Assembly: GCA_021827705.1 (NCBI GenBank)
Contig: JAKAUQ010000018.1
Location: 21,927 to 85,926, forward strand
Length of the DNA stretch: 64,000 nt
Direction of reading: 5' to 3'
From: Actinomycetes bacterium
Lineage (GTDB): Bacteria > Actinomycetota > Acidimicrobiia > Acidimicrobiales > RAAP-2
Part shown: one piece after another, positions 26,484 through 34,891 of the stretch
How positions within the stretch are numbered: the stretch's first letter is position 1
Layout of the letters: each line of letters opens with the position of its first letter
The notes under the pieces: model-generated
Databases searched by the model: none
Seen by the model: only the letters and a program-made list of their open reading frames with translations
Told to the model about the DNA's origin: nothing
Program-made: the position numbers and the translations under genes

Positions 26484-26703
26484 AGATGCACTCCCCGGGG
26501 CACTCCTCGGACGCCTCGACTACCGCATCCTCCTGGTCCGGCGGCACGACGGCCACCCCCGCGGCCCCTCCGGGGTCGCTCTTGACCGTGTCGCCCTCTT
26601 TGACGTAGGCCAGCCCGTCGTCGAGCAGGGTGAAGACCGCCGGACAGATCTCTTCGCACAGACCGTCTCCCGTGCACAGATCCTGGTCGATCCACACCCT
26701 CAT
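26467..26703 (-). CDS. Single-cluster ferredoxin (CxxDxxC type)
   Basis: GAGGAGG SD; MRVWIDQDLCTGDGLCEEICP...EECPGECI. Confidence 0.92.
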   Translation of the reverse strand: MRVWIDQDLCTGDGLCEEICPAVFTLLDDGLAYVKEGDTVKSDPGGAAGVAVVPPDQEDAVVEASEECPGECIFIEQD

Positions 26704-26792
26704 GCGTCCTCCTCGGTGACAGTGCGGCCACTTTAGCGGTCGAACTCGAGACCCTCGTAGCCCGAGCCAGGAGCGAAGTCTAGGGTGAGGCC

Positions 26793-28496
26793 ATGGGCCC
26801 ATTCGATGACGACGAGCGCGACGACGAGGCGCCTAGCAATGATCGCGCCTGGCGCCAGCGGGTCGACGAGCTCGAGGAGCGCCTTCTCGAGACGCGCGGC
26901 CAGCTGGCCCAGGCCCGCTCCAACAACGAGAAGCTGAGCATCACCATCCAGCAGACCCGGGACCAGATCGCGGCGCTGCGCGACGAGGTCGACAAGCTGA
27001 CGCAGCCGCCCACCGTCTACGGCACCTTCCTCGACTTCAACGAGGACGGCACCGTGGACATCGTCTCGGCCGGTCGCAAGATGCGCGTGGCCCTCCACCC
27101 GAGCATCGACCCCCAGCAGGTCGAGCGGGGTCATGAGGTCGTGCTGAACGAGTCCTTCGCCGTGATCGGTGTGCGCGACACCGACGGGCAAGGTGAGGTC
27201 GTCACGGTCAAAGAGACGCTGGGGGACCAGCGCGTGATCATCTACGGGCACACCGACGAGGAGCGCGTCGTCGAGCGCGCCGAGTCCCTGCGCGACGTAC
27301 GCCTGCGCAGTGGCGACACCGTCCTGCTCGACCAGCGCAGCCACCTCCTCACTGAGCGCCTCAGTCGCCAGGAAGCCGAGTCCCTGATCCTCGAAGAGGT
27401 GCCCAACATCACCTACCAGGACGTCGGGGGACTGGACGCCCAGATCGAGCAAATCACCGACGCGGTCGAGCTGCCCTACCTGCACCGAGACCTGTTCGCC
27501 CGCTACGACCTGCCCGCGCCCAAGGGGATCCTCCTGTACGGCCCGCCCGGGTGCGGCAAGACCCTCATCGCCAAGGCCGTGGCCAATTCTCTGGCCACCA
27601 AGGTCGGCGAGTTGCGGGGCAACCAGAACGTGCGCTCCTACTTCCTCAACATCAAGGGCCCCGAGCTGCTCAACAAGTACGTCGGGGAGACCGAGCGCCA
27701 GATCCGCCTCGTGTTCCAACGCGCCCGGGAGAAGTCCGAGGAGGGCGTCCCGGTCATCGTGTTCTTCGACGAGATGGACTCTCTCTTCCGCACCCGGGGG
27801 ACGGGGATCAGCTCGGACGTCGAGTCGACGATCGTCCCCCAGCTGCTGGCCGAGATCGACGGGGTCGAGTCCCTGCGCGACGTCATCGTGATCGGTGCCA
27901 CCAACCGGGAGGACCTGATCGACCCGGCGATCCTGCGCCCGGGACGCCTGGACGTCAAGATCAAGATCGAGCGCCCCGACGCCGAGGCCGCCACCCAGAT
28001 CTTCTCTCGGTACCTGCGTTCGGGCCTGCCCGTCGACCCCGACGAGCAGGCGGCCCTCGGCGGCGGGGACGCCGACAAGGCGCTCCAGGCCATGATCGAG
28101 GCGACCGTCGAGGCGATGTACCGCATCGCCGACGAGAACCGGTTCTTGGAGGTGACCTACCAGGGCGGCGACAAGGAGGTCCTCTACTTCAAGGACTTCG
28201 CCTCCGGCGCCATGATCGAGAACGTGGTGCGACGAGCCAAGAAGCTGGCCGTCAAGCGCGAGATCGAGTCGGCCAGCCGCGGGCTGCGCCGCAGCGACCT
28301 GCTCGACTCCATCCGCCAGGAGTACCACGAGAACGAGGACCTACCCAATACGACCAACCCGGACGACTGGGCCCGCATCTCGGGCAAGAAGGGCGAGCGC
28401 ATCGTCTTCATCCGCACATTGGTCAGCCACACCCAGGACCAGCCACTGGCCGGCGGGCGCTCGATCCAGCACGTCGGGACCGGGCAGTACCTCTAG
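26793..28496 (+). CDS. arc: Proteasome-associated AAA+ ATPase
   Basis: N-terminal coiled coil, OB domains, [29 protein letters not shown]-terminal GQYL docking motif. Confidence 0.97.
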   Translation: MGPFDDDERDDEAPSNDRAWRQRVDELEERLLETRGQLAQARSNNEKLSITIQQTRDQIAALRDEVDKLTQPPTVYGTFLDFNEDGTVDIVSAGRKMRVALHPSIDPQQVERGHEVVLNESFAVIGVRDTDGQGEVVTVKETLGDQRVIIYGHTDEERVVERAESLRDVRLRSGDTVLLDQRSHLLTERLSRQEAESLILEEVPNITYQDVGGLDAQIEQITDAVELPYLHRDLFARYDLPAPKGILLYGPPGCGKTLIAKAVANSLATKVGELRGNQNVRSYFLNIKGPELLNKYVGETERQIRLVFQRAREKSEEGVPVIVFFDEMDSLFRTRGTGISSDVESTIVPQLLAEIDGVESLRDVIVIGATNREDLIDPAILRPGRLDVKIKIERPDAEAATQIFSRYLRSGLPVDPDEQAALGGGDADKALQAMIEATVEAMYRIADENRFLEVTYQGGDKEVLYFKDFASGAMIENVVRRAKKLAVKREIESASRGLRRSDLLDSIRQEYHENEDLPNTTNPDDWARISGKKGERIVFIRTLVSHTQDQPLAGGRSIQHVGTGQYL

Positions 28497-28499
28497 GAC

Positions 28500-29987
28500 A
28501 TGGCACTCCCCAAGGTCGTCGGCATCGAAACCGAGTTCGGCATCCGCGGGGGACCCGACGGCGACCCGGTCACGTCCTCGACGCTGGTGGTGACCGCCTA
28601 CGCCCGGCGCATGGCGGCACCCATCGCCTGGGACTTCGACGACGAGAGCCCCGGACGCGACGCCCGCGACCTGGTGGCCGGACCCTCCTACGCACCGGTG
28701 ATCGAGACGCACCTGGCCAACGCCGTCTTGCCCAACGGGGCACGCTTCTACGTCGACCACGCCCACCCGGAGTACTCGTCGCCCGAGTGCCGCACCCCCC
28801 TCCAGGCCGTCCTCTACGACCAGGCCGGCGAGAACGTCCTGCGCCACGCGATGGCCGAGGCCAACGCCGAGCTGCCTCCCGCCCAGCACATCGGCCTCTA
28901 CAAGAACAACTCGGACGGCAAGGGCAACTCTTACGGATGCCACGAGAACTACCTGGTGCGCCGGGACGTCGCCTTCCGCGACCTGGTCGTGGCGATGGTG
29001 CCCCACTTCGTGTCCCGCCAGGTGGTCGTGGGTGCCGGCAAGGTGGGGGCCGAGCTCGAGCACACCCGGGCAGCACGGCCCGCCTTCCAGCTCAGCCAGC
29101 GCGCCGAGTTCTTCGAGGAGGTGGTGGGCCTGGAGACGACGCTGCGGCGCCCGATCATCAACACCCGCGACGAGCCTCACGGCGACCCCTCCCGCTTCCG
29201 GCGCCTGCACGTGATCATCGGCGACGCGAACCTGAGCCCGGTCGCCACCGCGGTCAAGCTCGGCGCGACCGCGCTGCTGCTGGCCGCCCTCGAAGATGAG
29301 GGGCTCGGCGCCTTCCCGTCGCCGCCCCGCGAGCCGGTGGCCGCCCTGCGGTCCCTGGCCCTGGACCCCACCTTGACCGCGACCATCGAGCTCGAGTCCG
29401 GGGTGGCCTGGACCGCCTGGGATCTCCAGGACTGCCTGTGGCACCTGGCCAGCGACTACGCGGAGCGCACCGGGGCCCCGGCCGTGGCCGAGCCCGACGA
29501 GGTGGCCTTTCTCCTGGTGCAGTGGCGCGAGATGCTCGACGGCGTGCGCGACGACCACGAGGCGGTCGCCGACCGCGTTGACTGGGTGGCCAAGCGTCGG
29601 ATCGTGGACGGCTACCGCGCCCGCTACGACCTGGCACCCACCGACGCCCGACTCCAGGCGATCGATTTGCAGTATCACGACGTGGACCCCGCCCGCTCGC
29701 TGGCCGCCCGGGTGGGCCTGCGGGCCCTCCACGCGAGTGGGGACATCGCCCGCGCGGTCTCGTCACCCCCCGACTCGACGCGCGCCTTCTTTCGCGGCCA
29801 GTGCGTGGCCCGCTACCCCGACGACGTGGTGGCGGCCAACTGGGACTCCGTCGTGTTCGACCTGGGCACCGGTCCCCTCCACAAGGTGCCCACGGCCGAC
29901 CCACTGCGCGGCACCGCCGCGCTGACCGCCGACCTGTTCGCCAACGCTCCTCACGCGCGCGACCTCTTGGCGGCGCTGGAAGGGTAG
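28500..29987 (+). CDS. dop: Pup deamidase/depupylase
   Basis: GIETEFGI, NGARFYVDHAHPEYS.PEC, KNNSDGKGNSYGCHENY, RPIINTRDEPH, RRLHVIIGD. Confidence 0.95.
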   Translation: MALPKVVGIETEFGIRGGPDGDPVTSSTLVVTAYARRMAAPIAWDFDDESPGRDARDLVAGPSYAPVIETHLANAVLPNGARFYVDHAHPEYSSPECRTPLQAVLYDQAGENVLRHAMAEANAELPPAQHIGLYKNNSDGKGNSYGCHENYLVRRDVAFRDLVVAMVPHFVSRQVVVGAGKVGAELEHTRAARPAFQLSQRAEFFEEVVGLETTLRRPIINTRDEPHGDPSRFRRLHVIIGDANLSPVATAVKLGATALLLAALEDEGLGAFPSPPREPVAALRSLALDPTLTATIELESGVAWTAWDLQDCLWHLASDYAERTGAPAVAEPDEVAFLLVQWREMLDGVRDDHEAVADRVDWVAKRRIVDGYRARYDLAPTDARLQAIDLQYHDVDPARSLAARVGLRALHASGDIARAVSSPPDSTRAFFRGQCVARYPDDVVAANWDSVVFDLGTGPLHKVPTADPLRGTAALTADLFANAPHARDLLAALEG

Positions 29988-29997
29988 AACAGAGGGT

Positions 29998-30192
29998 ATG
30001 AGTGAGCAGGAACGGATCCAAAGGCCCAAAGCCACGCGCAGTCGCGAAGACGTCGTCGAGGTGCGCCCCGAGGCGAGTCGCGCCGACCAGCTGAAGGCGG
30101 ACCTCGACGACCTCCTGGACGAGATCGACGACGTCCTGGAGGAGAACGCCGAGGAGTTCGTGCGCAACTACATCCAAAAGGGAGGGCAGTGA
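29998..30192 (+). CDS. pup: Prokaryotic ubiquitin-like protein, Gln-terminated
   Basis: DDLLDEIDDVLEENAEEFVRNYIQKGGQ. Confidence 0.97.
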   Translation: MSEQERIQRPKATRSREDVVEVRPEASRADQLKADLDDLLDEIDDVLEENAEEFVRNYIQKGGQ

Positions 30193-30193
30193 G

Positions 30194-30985
30194 GTGGGAC
30201 TGCCCCTCTTTTCCGCCAGTGAGGATCCCGGCCCGAACTTCGTGCGCTTCGCCGAGGTGAGCGGGCTGCTCACCACGCCCGACCAGACCCTCGACGCCCC
30301 GCACGCGACCACGGTCGTGGCCCTGCGCTACGCGCAAGGCGTCGTGATGGTGGGCGACCGCCAGGCCACCGCGGGCTACATCGCGAGCCGCGACGTACGC
30401 AAGATCGAGGCGGCCGACGCCTATACGGCACTTGCCATCTCGGGCAGCGCGGCGCGCGGCATGGAATTCATCCGCCTGGCCCAGCTCTCCTTCGAGCACT
30501 ACCAGAAGATGACCGACGCCGACCTCACCCTCGAGGGCAAGGCCAACTACCTCTCGCCGATCATCCAGCGCAACAACCTGTCCAGCCCCCTGGTCGTGGT
30601 GCCCCTCCTAGCCGGGTGGGACCCCACGCGCCGCGAAGGCCGGATCTTCGAGTACGACGGGGCCGGCGGATGCTACGAGCGCCGGGACTTCGCGACCATC
30701 GGGTCGGGCACCCCCTTCGCCGAGAGTGCGCTGCGCCTCGGCTTCCGCACCGACCTCACGCGCGAGGAGGCCCTGGACCTGGCCGCCTTGGCCATCTACG
30801 AGGCGGGGGACAACGACCCGAGCACTGGCGGGCCGGACTTCGTGCGCGGCATCTTCCCGATGGTGGTGACCATCGACGCAGCCGGCTTCGCCGAACTGCC
30901 CACCGACGACGTGCGCGTGCGCTATGAGGCCATCAACGAGCGCCGCACGCAGGCCCAGGGGGTCGCGGGAGGAACGCTGCGATGA
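30194..30985 (+). CDS. prcB: 20S proteasome beta subunit
   Basis: Propeptide followed by TTVVALRY..GVVMVGDR, KIE, GSGTPFA, DNDPSTGGPD. Confidence 0.95.
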   Translation: MGLPLFSASEDPGPNFVRFAEVSGLLTTPDQTLDAPHATTVVALRYAQGVVMVGDRQATAGYIASRDVRKIEAADAYTALAISGSAARGMEFIRLAQLSFEHYQKMTDADLTLEGKANYLSPIIQRNNLSSPLVVVPLLAGWDPTRREGRIFEYDGAGGCYERRDFATIGSGTPFAESALRLGFRTDLTREEALDLAALAIYEAGDNDPSTGGPDFVRGIFPMVVTIDAAGFAELPTDDVRVRYEAINERRTQAQGVAGGTLR

Positions 30986-31662
30986 GCAACTACTTCTACG
31001 TCTCGCCCGAGCAGCTGATCAAGGACCGGGCCGAGTTCGCCCAGAAGGGCATCGCCCGCGGACGCGCCATCGTGGCGACCATCTACGACGTGGGCATCGT
31101 GCTGGTCGCCGAGAACCAGTCGGCCTCCTTGAACAAGATCTCCGAGATCTACGACCGCATCGCCTTCGCCGGGGTGGGCAAGTACAACGAGTTCGATCGG
31201 CTCCGGGAGGCCGGCATCCGCTGGGCCGACAGCACCGGCTACACGTACTCGCGCGAGGACGTCGACGTGCGGGCCCTGGCCAACTACTACGCCCAGCACC
31301 TGGGTGACATGTTCACCGAGGGGCCCAAGCCTCTGGAGGTCGAGATCCTCGTCGCCCAGCTCGGCGGGACCGTGCGGCCGTCCAAGCTCTACCGCATCGC
31401 CTACGAGGGCACCATCGCCGACGAGCCCCACTTCGCCGTCGTGGGGGGCGATGCCGACGCCATCCGCGCCCGTCTCGCCGAGGCCGAGCAGGAGGTCCAC
31501 GACCTGGCGACCACCCTGCGCAATGCGGTGGCCGCGCTGGCCGGGACGGACCGCGAGATTGCCGTGCCCGACCTGGAGGTGGCGGTGCTCGAGGACCGGG
31601 GCGGCCGCCGCACCTTCCTGCGTCTGACCGACGAGCAGGTCGCCGAGCTGCTGGGCCACTAG
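30982..31662 (+). CDS. prcA: 20S proteasome alpha subunit
   Basis: FYVSPEQLIKDRAEFAQKGIARG, KISEIYDRIAFAGVGKYNEF, LEVAVL. Confidence 0.96.
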   Translation: MSNYFYVSPEQLIKDRAEFAQKGIARGRAIVATIYDVGIVLVAENQSASLNKISEIYDRIAFAGVGKYNEFDRLREAGIRWADSTGYTYSREDVDVRALANYYAQHLGDMFTEGPKPLEVEILVAQLGGTVRPSKLYRIAYEGTIADEPHFAVVGGDADAIRARLAEAEQEVHDLATTLRNAVAALAGTDREIAVPDLEVAVLEDRGGRRTFLRLTDEQVAELLGH

Positions 31663-31664
31663 TC

Positions 31665-33050
31665 GTGCTGCGGCGGATCTTCGGCATCGAGACCGAGTAC
31701 GGCGTGACCTTCGCCTGGCAGGGTCAGCGTCGACTGAGTCCCGACGAGGTGTCTCGCTTCTTGTTCCGCAAAGTCGTCGCCTGGGGCCGGTCCTCCAACG
31801 TCTTCCTGGAGAACGGCGGTCGGCTCTACCTGGACGTGGGCAGCCATCCCGAGTACGCGACAGCCGAGTGCGACAGCCTCGAGGACCTGGTAGCCCAGGA
31901 CAAGGCGGGCGAGTCGATCCTGCGTGAGCTGGTCGACCACGCCGAGCGCGAGCTGGCCAACGACGGCGCCCGCGGATCGGTCTACCTGTTCAAGAACAAC
32001 ACCGACTCGGCGGGCAACTCCTACGGTTGCCACGAGAACTACGCCATCGAGCGCATCGAAGACCTCAGCCGCTTGGAACAGGTATTCATCCCGTTCCTGG
32101 TCACCCGCCAGATCTTTGCCGGTGCCGGCAAGGTGGTGACGGCGCCGCGCGGAGCCGCCTTCGCCATGAGCCAGCGCGCCGAGCACATCTGGGAGTCCAT
32201 CTCCTCGGCTACCACCCGCAGCCGACCCATCATCAACACCCGCGACGAGCCCCACGCGGATCCCGAGCGCTACCGCCGCCTGCACGTGATCGTGGGCGAC
32301 TCCAACATGAGCGAGTTCGCCACCATGCTGAAGGTCGGCACGGCGGCGATCGTCTTGGCGATGATCGAGGACAAGACGACGATTCTGCGCGACTACAACC
32401 TGGTCTCGCCCATCAGCGCCCTGCGCGAGGTCTCCTACGACCTGTGGGGCAAGGACACCCTGAAGCTGGCCTCGGGCCGCGACATGACGGCCTTGGAGAT
32501 CCAAGAGGACCTGTGCGAGCGGGCCGAGCGCTTCGTCGAGTCGCGCGAGACGCCCCCGGACTTCCCGCTCGTCGTGCGCGCCTGGCGCGACGCCCTCGAC
32601 GACTATCGCGCCGAGCCCATGCGCCTGGCCGATCGCGTCGACTGGGTGGCCAAGTACCAGATGATCGACCGGGCGATGGAGCGCGACGGGCTGGCTCTCG
32701 ACAGTCCCCGGGTGTCCCTGATCGACCTCCTGTACCACGACACCAACCTCGAGCGCAGCCTGTTCTACGGGCGCCAGCGACTCGGACACACCCGCCGGAT
32801 CGTCGACGACGCCCAGGTGGTGGAGGCCGCCTCCCAAGCCCCCACGACGACGCGGGCCCGGATGCGCGGCGACTTCATTCGCGTCGCCAAGCAGTACCGG
32901 CGCGACTACAGCGTCGACTGGGTCCACCTCAAGCTCAACGACGAGCTCCAGCGCACCGTGCTGCTCAAGGACCCCTTCCAGGCTCACGACGATCGTTTCG
33001 AGCGCCTGCTCACGTCGCTGGAGCATCGCAGCGGGCGGGCCCCGAGTTGA
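31665..33050 (+). CDS. pafA: Pup--protein ligase
   Basis: RRIFGIETEYG, FLENGGRLYLDVGSHPEYATAEC, KNNTDSAGNSYGCHENY, DWVHLKLND, KDPF. Confidence 0.97.
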   Translation: MLRRIFGIETEYGVTFAWQGQRRLSPDEVSRFLFRKVVAWGRSSNVFLENGGRLYLDVGSHPEYATAECDSLEDLVAQDKAGESILRELVDHAERELANDGARGSVYLFKNNTDSAGNSYGCHENYAIERIEDLSRLEQVFIPFLVTRQIFAGAGKVVTAPRGAAFAMSQRAEHIWESISSATTRSRPIINTRDEPHADPERYRRLHVIVGDSNMSEFATMLKVGTAAIVLAMIEDKTTILRDYNLVSPISALREVSYDLWGKDTLKLASGRDMTALEIQEDLCERAERFVESRETPPDFPLVVRAWRDALDDYRAEPMRLADRVDWVAKYQMIDRAMERDGLALDSPRVSLIDLLYHDTNLERSLFYGRQRLGHTRRIVDDAQVVEAASQAPTTTRARMRGDFIRVAKQYRRDYSVDWVHLKLNDELQRTVLLKDPFQAHDDRFERLLTSLEHRSGRAPS

Positions 33051-33107
33051 TGAGGGCCCAGCGGGCCGTTAGCCTGGACGGGTGCTGGTGACCCCCAAGA
33101 GCCCGAC

Positions 33108-33728
33108 GTGAGCGCGCCGGGGGAGGGGGAGGAGGTCGAGAGCGTCGACCCGGTGATCGACTCGACCGAGGCGCCAGCCCCGGTCGCACCCACCCGCCAC
33201 GGGCACCGCGCCCTGATCGAATGGCTCATCATCCTGGTGATCGCGCTGACCGCCTCGCTGGTGCTGCGCGGCTACGTCATCCAGACCTTCTCGATCCCCT
33301 CGGGATCCATGGAACCCACGCTGATGCCGGGCGACCGCATCCTCGTGTCCAAGCTCAGTGTGCGCTTCGGGACCATCCACCGCGGTGACATTGTGGTGTT
33401 TCACGCCCCGCCCGCCGAGCGCGGGCGCTGCGAGGGCAATACTCCCATCCTGGTCAAGCGCGTGATTGGCCTGCCGGGCGATCACCTGACGAGTCGCGGC
33501 AACACGATCTACGTCAATGGGGCCCCCCTGAAGGAGACCTGGACCCACATCGAGCCGCTCGGGCCTCCCATCGGCAACGTCACCGTGCCGGCCAACTCCT
33601 ACTTCATGATGGGCGACAACCACCCCTACTCCTGTGACAGCCGCACCTGGGGCGTGGTGCCACGCTCCGACCTGATCGGCAAGGCCTTCTTTCGCATCTG
33701 GCCACCGTCGCGCATCGGCTTCCTCTAG
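33108..33728 (+). CDS. lepB: Signal peptidase I
   Basis: TM helix, IPSGSMEPTL (Ser), LVKRVIG (Lys), MMGDN...DSR.WG. Confidence 0.94.
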   Translation: MSAPGEGEEVESVDPVIDSTEAPAPVAPTRHGHRALIEWLIILVIALTASLVLRGYVIQTFSIPSGSMEPTLMPGDRILVSKLSVRFGTIHRGDIVVFHAPPAERGRCEGNTPILVKRVIGLPGDHLTSRGNTIYVNGAPLKETWTHIEPLGPPIGNVTVPANSYFMMGDNHPYSCDSRTWGVVPRSDLIGKAFFRIWPPSRIGFL

Positions 33729-33756
33729 ACGCGACCGCCCCCGTACACTTGAGGGG

Positions 33757-34158
33757 ATGTTCGATCTCAGCCCGTTCAAGATCCTGGTGATCGTGGCCGT
33801 GGCCCTGGTCTTGCTCGGCCCGGACAAGCTGCCCGAAGTGGCCCGCAAGCTCGGCTCGAGCTGGCGGGCGCTGCGCCAGCTCCAGCAGCGCGTCGAACGC
33901 GAGGTGCGCGAGGTGATCCCGGACCTGCCCACCACCGGGGACCTCGCCCGCATGGCGCGCAGTCCCGTCTCGCTGCTCAACGAGCTGGCCCACCGTGCCG
34001 ATCCCGGTGGGGACACCCCCGCGGCTGCGGACGCGGGCGCGACTCCCGTGGTCGACACGGCCGCCGACGACGTGGGCGCCCACGGCGGCCTGATCGAGCC
34101 CCCCCGACCGTCGACGACCACGTCAGTGCCCGACGGCCCCGATCCGGCACTGAACTGA
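33757..34158 (+). CDS. tatB: Tat translocase subunit, TatB-like
   Basis: MFDLSPFKILVIVAVALVLLGPDKLPEVARKLG, long amphipathic helix, disordered tail. Confidence 0.8.
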   Translation: MFDLSPFKILVIVAVALVLLGPDKLPEVARKLGSSWRALRQLQQRVEREVREVIPDLPTTGDLARMARSPVSLLNELAHRADPGGDTPAAADAGATPVVDTAADDVGAHGGLIEPPRPSTTTSVPDGPDPALN

Positions 34159-34162
34159 CCGC

Positions 34163-34891
34163 GTGGGACGCTTCCGCAACGCCGCGACCGGCATGACGCT
34201 GGCCCAACACCTGGCTGAGGCGCGCCACCGCATGCTGGTGGCCATGACCGCCGTCTTAGTGATGGGCGTGGCCGCCTTCATCTTGTACAGCCCGATCCTG
34301 CACGTGCTCCAGCAGCCCTACTGCCGCGCCACCCCCCACAGCTGCAAGTTCCTGGCGACCAGCCCGCTCGACGGGCTCTCGCTGCGCGTCAAGATCGCCC
34401 TCTTTGGCGGCATGCTGTTCGCATCCCCGATCGTCTTCTGGCAGGTCTGGCGCTTCGTCACCCCAGGCCTGCGGGCTGCCGAGCGCCGCTACGCGGTGCC
34501 CTTCGTGGCCTTCTCCATCGGGTTCTTCGGGGCCGGGGTGCTGGTCGCCTACTTCAGCTTCGGCCACGCGATCTCGTTCCTGCAGTCCATCGGCGGCCAC
34601 ACGCTGGTCCCGTACTACAACCCCAACCAGTACCTGGGCCTCTTCGTCTTGATGATGGCCATCTTCGGACTGGCTTTCGAGTTCCCCGTGGTGCTGGTGG
34701 CCCTGGAACTGGCCCGGATCGTGCGTCCCACCCAGCTGCTGCACGCCTGGCGCTACGCCGTCATCGCCATCACCGTGGCGGCCGCCGTCTTCACCCCGAG
34801 CGGGGATCCCCTCTCGATGATGGCACTCGCCGTCCCGCTCACCGCCTTCTACTTCCTGGCCATCGCCGTGGGCAAGCTCCTGCGCCGGTGA
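34163..34891 (+). CDS. tatC: Tat translocase subunit TatC
   Basis: MTLAQHLAEARHR, WRFVTPGL..ERRY, FEFP, FTPSGDP. Confidence 0.94.
   Translation: MGRFRNAATGMTLAQHLAEARHRMLVAMTAVLVMGVAAFILYSPILHVLQQPYCRATPHSCKFLATSPLDGLSLRVKIALFGGMLFASPIVFWQVWRFVTPGLRAAERRYAVPFVAFSIGFFGAGVLVAYFSFGHAISFLQSIGGHTLVPYYNPNQYLGLFVLMMAIFGLAFEFPVVLVALELARIVRPTQLLHAWRYAVIAITVAAAVFTPSGDPLSMMALAVPLTAFYFLAIAVGKLLRR

Noticed and set aside
29998-30192. Pup ending in GGQ as a novelty
   Set aside because: Gln-terminated Pup with adjacent dop is the well-known mycobacterial-type arrangement
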